From Macrostomum lignano (Eukaryota): a DNA stretch of 62,524 nucleotides. Below are positions 51,150 to 62,524 of the stretch, one piece after another (the stretch's first letter is position 1; each line of letters begins with the position of its first letter). The notes beneath the pieces are model-generated. The model had not been told where the DNA came from. It saw only the letters and a list, made by a program, of their open reading frames with translations, and ran no database searches. The DNA is taken from the NCBI GenBank assembly GCA_002269645.1, contig NIVC01002948.1, forward strand, positions 1 to 62,524, in the 5' to 3' direction. The position numbers and the translations under genes were made by a program.

Positions 51150-52655
51150 CCAGATCTTCAGCTGCTGAGCCAGCCTCCCAGATCTTCAGTTGCTGGGCCA
51201 GCCTCCCAGATCTTCAGTTGCTGGGCCAGCCTCCCAGATCCTCAGTTGCTGGGCCAGCCTCCCAGATCCTCAGTTGCTGGGCCAGCCTCCCAGATCCACA
51301 GTTGCTGGGCCAGCCTCCCAGATCCTCAGTTGCTGGGCCAGCCTCCCAGATCTTCAGTTGCTGGGCCAGCCTCCCAGATCTTCAGTTGCTGGGCCAGCCT
51401 CCCAGATCCTCAGTTGCTGGGCCAGCCTCCCAGATCTTCAGTTGCTGGGCCAGCCTCCCAGATCCTCAGTTGCTGGGCCAGCCTCCCAGATCCTCAGTTG
51501 CTGGGCCAGCCTCCCAGATCTTCAGTTGCTGGGCCAGCCTCCCAGATCCTCAGTTGCTGGGCCAGCCTCCCAGATCCTCAGTTGCTGGGCCAGCCTCCCA
51601 GATCCTCAGTTGCTGGGCCAGCCTCCCAGATCCTCAGTTGCTGGGCCAGCCTCCCAGATCCTCAGTTGCTGGGCCAGCCTCCCAGATCCCCTGTTGCTGG
51701 GCCAGCCTCCCAGATCCTCAGTTGCTGGGCCAGCCTCCCAGATCCTCAGTTGCTGGGCCAGCCTCCCAGATCTTCAGTTGCTGGGCCAGCCTCCCAGATC
51801 CTCAGTTGCTGGGCCAGCCTCCCAGATCCTCAGTTGCTGGGCCAGCCTCCCAGATCTTCAGTTGCTGGGCCAGCCTCCCAGATCTTCAGTTGCTGGGCCA
51901 GCCTCCCAGATCCTCAGTTGCTGGGCCAGCCTCCCAGATCCTCAGTTGCTGGGCCAGCCTCCCAGATCTTCAGTTGCTGGGCCAGCCTCCCAGATCCTCA
52001 GTTGCTGGGCCAGCCTCCCAGATCCTCAGTTGCTGGGCCAGCCTCCAAGATCTTCAGTTGCTGGGCCAGCCTCCCAGATCCTCAGTTGCTGGGCCAGCCT
52101 CCCAGATCTTCAGCTGCTGAGCCAGCCTCCCAGATCTTCAGTTGCTGAGCCAGCCTCCCAGATCTTCAGTTTCTGAGCCAGCCTCCCAGATCTTCAGTTG
52201 CTGAGCCAGCCTCCCAGATCTTCAGTTGCTGGGCCAGCCTCCCAGATCTTCAGCTGCTGAGCCAGCCTCCCAGATCTTCAGTTGCTGAGCCAGCCTCCCA
52301 GATCCTCAGTTGCTGAGCCAGCCTCCCAGATCTTCAGTTGCTGGGCCAGCCTCCCAGATCTTCAGTTGCTGGGCCAGCCTCCCAGATCTTCAGCTGCTGA
52401 GCCAGCCTCCCAGATCTTCAGTTGCTGAGCCAGCCTCCCAGATCTTCAGTTGCTGAGCCAGCCTCCCAGATCTTCAGTTGCTGAGCCAGCCTCCCAGATC
52501 TTCAGTTGCTGAGCCAGCCTCCCAGATCTTCAGTTGCTGAGCCAGCCTCCCAGATCCTCAGTTGCTGAACCAGCCTCCCAGATCTTCAGTTGCTGGGCCA
52601 GCCTCCCAGATCTTCAGTTGCTGGGCCAGCCTCCCAGATCCTCAGTTGCTGGGCC
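51150..52655. repeat. 28-bp minisatellite (CAGCCTCCCAGATCTTCAGTTGCTGGGC), about 54 copies
   Basis: Direct tandem copies; explains the overlapping long ORFs in all three frames. Confidence 0.97.
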
Positions 52656-53286
52656 ACCGCAGCCCTCCCAGAACACATGTACATGCATGTTGGCCCAGAA
52701 GTATCACAAGTTCAGCGCGACCGGCTGGCTCAGTTAGCCAGCTGATCAAGCGGGCAGCTCGAACTGATCCATCTGACCTCGGCAGGGGTCACACGCTCGG
52801 GTATGTAAGAGGCGAAACAGCCATCCGGAATTCTTGAAATAACTTCATAGTTTTTACTCTGCAAGTTTTGCTTTGCAAGAAACTGGCTGAATTAGCTGCT
52901 AAAGGTGTTCGGCATCGAATCCGTGTGTTGCTGCATGTCAGAACTGCTGCTTCTAGGAGGATAAAGCCTGGAGCCGCTCCCTGACCTTTTCTTCATTCGA
53001 ATCACGCGCAGGGGAACCTTTCTCCTCCCCTATACCGCCCACCCCAAACCCGATGAAATCCCAAATCCCACACTGGTCCGCTCCCGCTGCCGGACCCCCG
53101 CATAGACAGGCGCTCGCGGCTTCGCAATCGACTGACAAGAATCTGACACCGAGTCAGTTTTTAGCAAAATTCTCTGCATCAAGTAACTTGGTGGCGCCCC
53201 GGTACAGCTGATCCTGGGGGTCAGTGAAACAGGACCCGATGCACCAATGCGGGGTCGCAGCGTGTCAGGGTGTCAAGCAAAAATAG

Positions 53287-54071
<785 letters not shown>

Positions 54072-54079
54072 CTGCTGGA

Positions 54080-54400
54080 ATCATTATATTGAACAAAGAC
54101 CGACACGTCACAGGACCTTCAATAGACATAGAGTTGTTTTCAGGCTTTCTTTAAAAACCGCTGCATGCAGATTTTTGAACATCATGGATCACCTGCTCTC
54201 TTCACCGTGACATGTCCAACACTCTTGAGTGGCACTTGAGCACCGATCAAATTCCCTGTCGGCCAGCACTGAGCCGGTAGGGGAAGTCTGTGCTCAACTG
54301 AGCCTCTCTGAAGCTGATCAATGGCTGCGCGGCACTCCAGGCTTCCTGCCTGATTCATTCGTGGAAAATTTCACAGTAAAAAGTTGAAAGACTAAAGCCT
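54080..54400 (+). mobile_element. Possible decayed BEL/Pao LTR-retrotransposon pol fragment
   Basis: Broken frames DHLLSSP*HV, EWHLSTDQIP and SLSEADQWLRGTPGFL loosely recall the BEL motif W.HV.T..NPAD.ASRG...W..GP.FL. Weak. Confidence 0.3.
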
Positions 54401-54444
54401 AAATGCTCTGAGGCACTTGTCAAGATCCCTATCGCTATGTTTTA

Positions 54445-54782
54445 ATCCCTAGATCCCAATCCTCAGATCCCAGTCCTTAGATCCCAATCATCAGATCCCA
54501 GTCCTTAGGTCCCAATCCTCAGATCCCAGTCCTTAGATCCCAGTCCTTAGATCCCAGTCCCAATCCCGAGATCCCAACTCTTCAGATTCCAACTCTTCAG
54601 ATCCCAATCCTGCGATCCCAATCCTGAGATCCCAATCCTGCGATCCCAATCCTGAGATCCCAATCCTGAGATCCCAATCCTGCGATCCCAATCCTGATAT
54701 CCCAATCCTGAGATCCCAATCCTGAGATCCCAATCCTGAGATCCCAATCTTGAGATCCCAATCCTGAGATCCCAATCCTGAG
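54445..54782. repeat. 14-bp minisatellite (GATCCCAATCCTGA)
   Basis: Direct tandem copies. Confidence 0.92.
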
Positions 54783-55956
54783 TCCACATCTTAGATCTAT
54801 CAAAATACTGCATTCGGTTTGGGGTCGGCGAGATCAACGGCCAGTTGCAGGGGCCGGGAGCTGCAGCCGCTATTCCAGCGCCCAGAGACCGAAGCGGTGG
54901 CCCAGAAATCACAAAGCCAGGCAGTGCAGTGCAGTGGATTTTTCAAAACGCGGGCCTAACAATCTTTGTTGCAGGTTAAAAAGGCGAAAAGCCGGCCATC
55001 GCAATCCGGACAGGCTGACGATCGGAGGAGAAAGCGAAGGAAAGAAAGAGAAGAGTGATGAAAGAAAACTGCAGCTGATTACGCAACCATCTCGGCTACC
55101 AGAGCAGAAACCCCCACATGCTATTTGCGTTCTGAAGCCATGGACATAAGAAAGCTGAAAGCATGATGCATCGCTTGTCTGCCGGTTCTAAAAGCTGAAA
55201 GCATACAGAATGGCGGACACCCCAGACTCGCAAGGGGGGGGGCTGTGCTGTGACGCCATCAATTCATTCAGTAATCTCTAATCCGCCTCTTCTCTCCGGC
55301 ACAGAATCCGTGATGAAGAGGGTTCTGTTTCTAAAAACTAAAGAATAATTTCAGAATTCTGACAGTTTTCAGCCTCTCGAATGCAGAGCTGCTCCCAGAG
55401 TTCTACTTTTTCACCCCCCCTTGATCTCCCAAATTGTGTCTCCATTGTTTTGTCCGAGGCGGAATGAGCCTCATTAGCCTGGAGTGCTGGCCTGCTGGCT
55501 GGTTGGGCCCTAATTATGAATATGCGGATTCGGTGGAATTAGCATTGGCCACTCGGCGATTCACTGCCAGCGCTGGTGGCTCCGACACATGCGGGGCTGG
55601 CGTGCCGAGAGGGGCGCGGGAAATCCCACAATGGGGATGAATTTCGGGGATCGCTGACAGATCCACGGGGCCCGTCCGGTCCACATTGACGGCAGGTGGG
55701 GGATCCGGTGAGGGAGAGGCGCTACTGAGGAGTGGCAGACAGACTGGCTGACTTTTGCTGCTTTTGTCTGCTTTTATGAGCGCTGGCTGCAGACTTTTTA
55801 TAGCCTTTGTAGCCTTCTATCTATCTATCTGTCTATCTATGTATAATAACCTACTGAAAGGCTTCGCCTCGGAGATTCTGCATAGACATTCTCCTCGTTT
55901 CAGTTGGTTATTGAAATGTATCCCACGAATGCAAGGAGTGGAGAATACTGACTAGA

Positions 55957-56340
<384 letters not shown>

Positions 56341-57118
56341 GAATTAGTGACTCCCAATGCTTTCTAAAGAAGAAAACAGTAACCGGGTGCACAAGGCGAA
56401 TGCAACACCAGTTAGTGGGGGGTGAAGCTGCTGCATGTATCCATGCAGAGGGCAGGCTGCAGTGCTGGCAAGCCGGCAGACACCCCAATAACCATAAGTC
56501 TTAGAAGTCCAGCGCGGAAGTCATGCCGGGTGCGGCCGGGGTGCTTCGCCGCCCTCCCTCGAGGCGCCGCTGCGCGCCCCACTCCTCAGCTAATCAGCTA
56601 ATGAGGCGCCGGCGCCCCAGTGAGAAAATCCCCGCCCTATTCTGGAGAATTTCTTCACGATAAGATCGGCAGTGGAGGCCCGAAGAAAGGGCGAAGCGGG
56701 GATAACGAGTCTGCTGCAAGCGAAGCAGTTTCTGACGGCGGTGGAAATTCCTCCTTGGCATGGCAGACTGGCAGCCATTGGCTGGCCAACCAGATGCCGG
56801 CTGCTCCCTGCAAAGACGCTGCCGTGTTTTTATGCCCAAGGAGCTGTTTGGCAACACACAGCCAGACAGACAGGCAGGCAGGCAGGCCAGAGCTGCAGCT
56901 CCGAGCATGACATCGGATTCTTCGGGTCTACCGGTTGCGTAACCGGCCGCGCCAAACAAAGCAGATCGGTGCCGAGCTCGAGCCATAGAAAATCGGAGAC
57001 GAGAGCAGACAGGCCTGTCAGACAGGGGCAGAGAGGGCGAGCAAAACCTCAACAGCTGAAGAGCTCAAGCAAACTCATTGTGCCGCGGAGTCTGCCCTGC
57101 CCCCAGCAACCCAACAAG

Positions 57119-57119
57119 C

Positions 57120-57207
<88 letters not shown>
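57119..57207. repeat. (CT)n microsatellite upstream of the Ig gene
   Basis: Nearly pure dinucleotide tract. Confidence 0.97.
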
Positions 57208-57211
<4 letters not shown>

Positions 57212-57317
57212 ACTCACTGCCATCGCGCGCGCACACTTATAAGTCGCGCTTATTCTGCCAGCAAGCCCGACCTGTTTAAACCCCGAGCAGTCCGCACCCG
57301 ACTCGCGGCCGGAGAAC

Positions 57318-60300
57318 ATGCTGCCTCTCCTGCTAGCAATGCTCATCCTGGGCCCCCCGGCCTCCGCCCAGGTGAGCATCAGCGGCCAGTTCGACCCTGC
57401 CGGGGCCAAGCAGGCAGCCGGCCGCAGCGTCTCCTTCACCTGCCAGGTGACCAACAAGCAGCCGCTGCTGTCCGTCCGCCTGACCTGCCCACTGGCCAAG
57501 GTCGGCACCATCTGCTTCGAGAACTGCAACCGCATCTGCGCCGACCCCAGCCTGTGCGCTGAGGAGCCGCGCCTGCTGCGGGTCACCTGCTCGAAGAGCA
57601 GCGCCGGCAGCGTGCAGACCTTTGCCTACCGGCTCGACATGCTGGACACCGGCTTCTCCGGCGACTGGGGGTGCAAGCACGTGACCTACGAGAGCACCCC
57701 GAGGAGCCTCACAGTCTACCCCAGCCCCGCCATCGACTCCCTGGACTTCACCGCCGCCACCGTCGTGGAGTCGCAGTCGACAGCCGCCCTGTGCGTCGCC
57801 CAGCCCACTGTGGGCAGCCTGCGGTTCTCCTGGACCCGGCGCGACGGCCTCAGCATCCCGCACTCCAGCTCCGGGCCCAACGCCACCGCCTCTCGCCTGA
57901 CCATCGCCAGCGCTCAGCGCACAGACGACGCCGTCTACGTGTGCACCGTCGAGAACGAAGTCGGCGTCAGCGCCAGCCGGGAGGCCGGCCTCACCGTCAA
58001 CTATCCGCCAAGCTCCGTGCGCCTGTCCAGCAGCCTGTCGTCGCCGCTGCAGGCCGGCGTCTCCGTGACCTTCGCCTGCCAGGTGGGCGGCGGCCGGCCG
58101 GAGCCGCTGCGCCGGTTCTACCGGGAGCGCCTCGGACAGTCGCGCGAGGAGCTGCCGGCGGCCACCGTCACTCTGGAGGCGGCCGACAACGCGGCGAAAT
58201 TCTACTGCAAAGCGGAGAGCGTCGGCATCATCGGCACGGAGGTCTGGAGCTCCCCGATCGCCTTTTCGGTCTCCTTTCCGCCCAGCGGCCTCGAGCTGCT
58301 GCAGCAGCCGCCGGGGCCGGCGACCGATGGCGGGCCGGCCAAGCAGTTCAGCTGCTCGGCCACCTCCAGCAGCAACCCGCCCAGCTCGGCCGCCTGGTAC
58401 TCCATCAGCCCGCTGGGCCTGCAGGAGCAAATCTCGGACAGCCGCGTGTCCGTCAGCCAGACAGACGGGCCGAACTCGCCAAGCAGCTGCAGAGCCGGCT
58501 GGACATCGCCGCCAGCCGCGACCTCAACGGCTTCAAATTCCGCTGCGTCCTGCTGTACAACTCGCGCGAGATCGGCCGCAAAGACGTCGCCCTGGAGGTG
58601 AAATTTTTGCCGAGCAGCTCCGCGCTGACGGCTAGCCCGGCCGACGGGGTGCTGGAGAACACGGCGCTGACCCTGCTGTGCCGCGCCGGCTCCGCGAACC
58701 CGCCAGCCGCGGGTGCACTGGTTCCGGCAGTCCCGCGGCGGCGCCAGCTCGGCCGAGAATGTCACCGTGCAGGCGGTGGCAACGACGGAGCCGGCGGAGA
58801 ACCTCGGCACTGCAGTCAGCAGCCGCCTGCTCGTCACGCAGACCAGGCGGGCAGACAACGGCACGGTGTACACCTGCACCATCGTCTACGACAGCGCCGC
58901 AATCGGCGCCCTGTCCAAGTCGACCTCCGTGCTGGTGCTGTACCCGCCATCCGTCAACGTCACAGTGTCGCCCAGCTCGCCTCGCGAAGGCGACCCGGTG
59001 ACGCTGAGCTGCCTGACAACCGGCGGGAGTCCCGACGGCAGCGGCGGCGGCTTCACCTTCGTATGGCGACATCGGAATGCCAGCGGCGTCTGGGCGACGC
59101 TCGCCAGCGCAACGTCCACTTTGAGCATCGCGTCGGCCAGCTCAGGAGACAACGGCGTCTACCAGTGCTCGGTGGGGTCCCGCGGTGGCTCCGCCACAGC
59201 CTCGGCCGCCCTTAACCTGACCTTCGCCCCGGCCGCCTGGCCGGGCACCCAGTTGGCCGTGTCTTCCCCACTCGGACAGCCGGCCGAGCTGCACCTGCGG
59301 GTGACGGCCAACCCGCCGCCCAGCGGGGCCGTCTGGCAGCGCCTCGGAGCCGATGGCACCAAGCAGGCGCTGAACCCGCGCCTGTCCACCGTCAGCAGCG
59401 CGGTGAACCTCACCTACCGCCTCGTCATCCCGGAGGTGACCTCGGCTGACTACGGCAACTATGTGTGCACCGTGGCCAACTCAGTCGGCACTCGCGACTT
59501 CACCTTCAGCTTGAACCGGCCGGGGCCGCCCGCCACCCCCAGCGGCCTGCAGGTGCTGAACACCACGGCGGTGTCCGCCAACCTGCGCTGGCGCAGTGAA
59601 TTCAACGGCGGCTTCGAGCAGACCTTCACGCTGCAGTGGCGGCCGCTCGGCAGCTCCGTGTGGAGCGTCGCCAACCAGAAGACCGGCCTGCGGGACCCCG
59701 GCTTCGGCCTGCCCGTCACCGAGACCGTCACCGCGCTGGAGTCGCAGGCCACCTACTATGCGCGAGTCCGAGCAGAGAACTTCTACGGCGGCGCGATCAA
59801 CGTCAGCCCCTTCACCGACGAGGTGGCGCTGACCACCCGGAAGCTGCCGCTGATCCCGGACGCATCGGTGGCGGCCCAGGTGACCTCCGGGCAGCTGGAG
59901 ATCCAGTTCACAGCGCCGATGTCGCCGCACTACACCGGGGTGTACGTGAAGCTGTGCAGCCCCGGCTGCGTCCTGCGACAGCTGCTGGAGTCGAGGTCCG
60001 CTCAGGCCGCGCCAGCATCCTGCTGCCCGACCCGCAGGCGGCCTACAGCTTCTCCCTGCTGGTGCTGGACGGCCCGGTCACCGTCTACGAGACCCGCAGC
60101 TTCGACGCCCGGCTGAATGCCGCCGCGTCGACCACTCAGGCGAGCACCGCCAGCGCCGGCCTGTCCTTCGAGATCGTGCTGGGCATCTCCATCGGCAGCG
60201 CCGTGGTGGTGGCCATCCTGCTGGCCGCGGTCATCGTCACCGCCATCCTGCAGTGCCGTCGCGGCGGCGGCGACGGAGGCGGCGGCCCGGGCGTCGGCAA

Positions 60301-60622
60301 GTCGATGCGGTCGACCAACTCCAGCGACGTCACCAACGGGTCGGGCGGTTCGCCGGCGGCCATCGCTGCGGGCCACCCGGTGTGCGGCCAGGCGGTGCAG
60401 CTGGGCTACGCGCCAGCCTGTCCAGCGGGATGGCACCGCAGGACGGCTACTACTGCCCGCCGCCCCCGGCCCTGGGCTCCGACTGCGGCTGCGGCAACGG
60501 CGGCGTCTGCGGCGGCTACGGCTATGGTGGCGGCGGCGGCGGCGGAGGCTTCTCGCCGGGCTCCCGGATGTCGGCTCAGGAGGCGCCGCTGCACCCGTCG
60601 TACTACTCATATCACCTGGCCG

Positions 60623-60677
<55 letters not shown>

Positions 60678-61170
60678 CCACATGTTGATGATGGCAGCTG
60701 CCGCCGCCGCCTCCCGCCAGCGACTTAACGGCACTAGCAACGGCTCCCTGAACAGCCAGCAGCCGCAGCAGCAGCACGGCAGGATGCTGACGCCCGACCT
60801 GGTCCAGTCGGAGACTCCGGCGGGCGCAACTGACCTGATCAGGTACAGCAGCCGCATCTCCTTGGCGAGCAGCCGCAGCGGCTTCAGCGTCATCCCGGCG
60901 ACCTCCAGTGCGGCTGCGACGTCAACGCCAGCAGCAACTGGCGCTTCTTCGGCGCCGCCGGTCACTAGCGCCACCGCTGAGACGGCCTTCGCGTTCCCCA
61001 GCGGCGGCGGAGGTGGCGGCGGCGGCGGATTTCGCATCGTTGCCGGCAACGGCGGCCTGTCGGACATCGGCGCCGCTCTGCACAGCCTGCAGCAGCAGCC
61101 GACCTTCGTGGCGTCGCCGCTGACGCCGCACCTCGAGTCCAACATGGAGGCCATTGAGAACTACGTGTGA
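57318..61170 (+). CDS. Intronless echinoid/nephrin-like type I membrane protein (signal peptide, about 7 Ig, about 2 FN3, TM, poly-Q tail, C-terminal ENYV), about 1280 aa; four apparent single-base frameshifts near 58480, 58712, 60005 and 60428
   Basis: Signal peptide MLPLLLAMLILGPPASA. Repeated Ig motifs (RTDDAVYVCTVEN, DNAAKFYC, LNGFKFRC, DNGTVYTC, DNGVYQC, DYGNYVCTVANSVG). FN3 PPATPSGLQV...LRWRSEFNGGFEQTFTLQWR...YYARVRAEN. TM VLGISIGSAVVVAILLAAVIVTAIL. Domains continue seamlessly across the frame switches with no substitution stops. Confidence 0.85.
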
Positions 61171-61844
61171 GCTGCCTAGAATCCAAAAAGGACTTCACTA
61201 GGAAGTTGTTATACTTTGAGTATAAATTTTAAATATGTTTAGTAGAATAACTCTTTGCAGAGTGGAGACCAATTATCAATCAAATAAGTTTAAATTGGAT
61301 AATAAAGTTTAACAAAAAATCACTGCTCATTTTTCTTTGAAAACTTTAAGTTACTAGTTAGTTCCTAGAAATTATCATTTGAATTAATAAGGCCAATTTT
61401 GTTTAACTGGACTCTCAAATCATCACCGACCGCAACTTTAATTTGCACAAATCATTTGCTCTTAACGTATTCGTCCACTGGCTTTGACTGCTAACTTTAT
61501 AATTATAGAATTTTAATGTAGACTTTTAGCACCTGTCCATAAATTATCTCAAGCTCAGTCATTTCTTGCTCAGCTGTGAGATCCTCGCTGAAGTGACCGT
61601 CTTATTTGCTTCAACTTAAAGCAATAATATTTGTTTTAACTGATGAAACGATATTTATTGAATCATTTTCAACCTCACGGCTTGCAATAAGTTTCATTGC
61701 TGACACTCTGCCCTGATTTTCTCGTGTTTTCGAAACTCCGGAACCTCTGTAAAAAATATAAAAATCATTAATTATATTGCTTCCTGTACACAAATCTTCG
61801 AGAATGACAACACAATAAAATTGTTTTGTTTAATTGCTTTGTGG

Positions 61845-62345
61845 AGAGTAGAGGAGACGAGAGGAGAGGAGAGGAGATGAGAGAGAAGAGAGGAGAGGAG
61901 AGGAGATGAGAGGAGATGAGAGAGAGGAGAGGAGAGGAGAGGAGAGGAGAGGAGACGAGAGGAGAGGAGAGGAGAGGAGAGGAGATGAGAGAGAAGAGAG
62001 GAGAGGAGAGGAGATGAGAGGAGAGGAGAGGAGAGGAGAGGAGAGGAGAGGAGACGAGAGGAGACGAGAGGAGAGGAGAGGAGAGGAGAGGAGATGAGAG
62101 GAGAGGAGAGGAGAGGAGAGGAGAGGAGAGGAGACGAGAGGAGAGGAGAGGAGAGGAGAGGAGAGGAGATGAGATGAGAGGAGAGGAGAGGAGAGGAGAG
62201 AGATAAGATAGGAATGATAAGAGAGGAGAGATGAGATATGAGTGATAAGAGAGGAGAGATGAGATAGGAATGATAAGAGAGGAGAGATGAGATATGAGTG
62301 ATAAGAGAGGAGAGATGAGATAGGAATGATAAGAGAGGAGAAAAG
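61845..62345. repeat. Polypurine (GAGGA/GAGAT)n microsatellite with a 28-bp minisatellite at its right end
   Basis: Direct reading. Confidence 0.95.
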
Positions 62346-62524
62346 ACGAGAAGCCGGAGGCAGACGTTCGGAGATCTCTGAGCTCCGGTGGATCCGCAGC
62401 AGACAGCCACGGCAGCGGCAGGGCGCCAGCACACAGTCAGGAATGCATCAGGAAGTCCCTCGTGCCCGGGCCTCTCAGACAGCTGCATGGAGGTTATAAA
62501 AGCTGTGGGTGCGCGGCTGAAGAG

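Noticed and set aside
51021-52176. Three 300-375-aa ORFs
   Set aside because: They are translations of a stop-free 28-bp minisatellite in all three frames.
57333-58430. 365-aa antisense ORF over the Ig gene (and similar ones over the nuclear receptor exons)
   Set aside because: Typical antisense shadow of GC3-rich coding sequence; no recognisable domain.
57318-61170. Programmed ribosomal frameshifting in the Ig gene
   Set aside because: Four shifts of mixed sign at short G runs with no slippery heptamers; sequencing error or decay is more parsimonious.

Overview
Eukaryotic (animal) genomic DNA. GC-rich spliced exons, minisatellite-filled introns and TTAGGG-type telomeric repeats suggest a Macrostomum-like flatworm (inference only). 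Five protein-coding loci are supported: exon 1 of TMED10/p24-delta (-), a 6-exon uncharacterised Ser/Arg-rich protein (-), 4E-BP (-, 2 exons), an HR96/NR1J-type nuclear receptor (+, 5 exons), and an intronless 7xIg+2xFN3 echinoid/nephrin-like receptor (+) broken by four single-base frameshifts. Roughly a third of the window is tandem repeat (about 25 arrays). The most striking structure is a 7.2-kb composite non-autonomous Helitron (17024-24228, minus strand) inserted at an AT dinucleotide without target duplication. It contains a second nested Helitron, three tRNA-derived Pol III cassettes each followed by a different minisatellite, and a telomeric tract. AT-rich blocks (1-1000, about 24.9-38.3 kb) are almost CpG-free and look rich in CTA/TAG, suggesting CG plus possibly CWG methylation-deamination. 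Also present: MITEs, a Crypton fragment, a decayed BEN-domain locus, and a near-perfect 2.2-kb tandem duplication with an inverted templated junction. All counts are by eye; no database searches were run.
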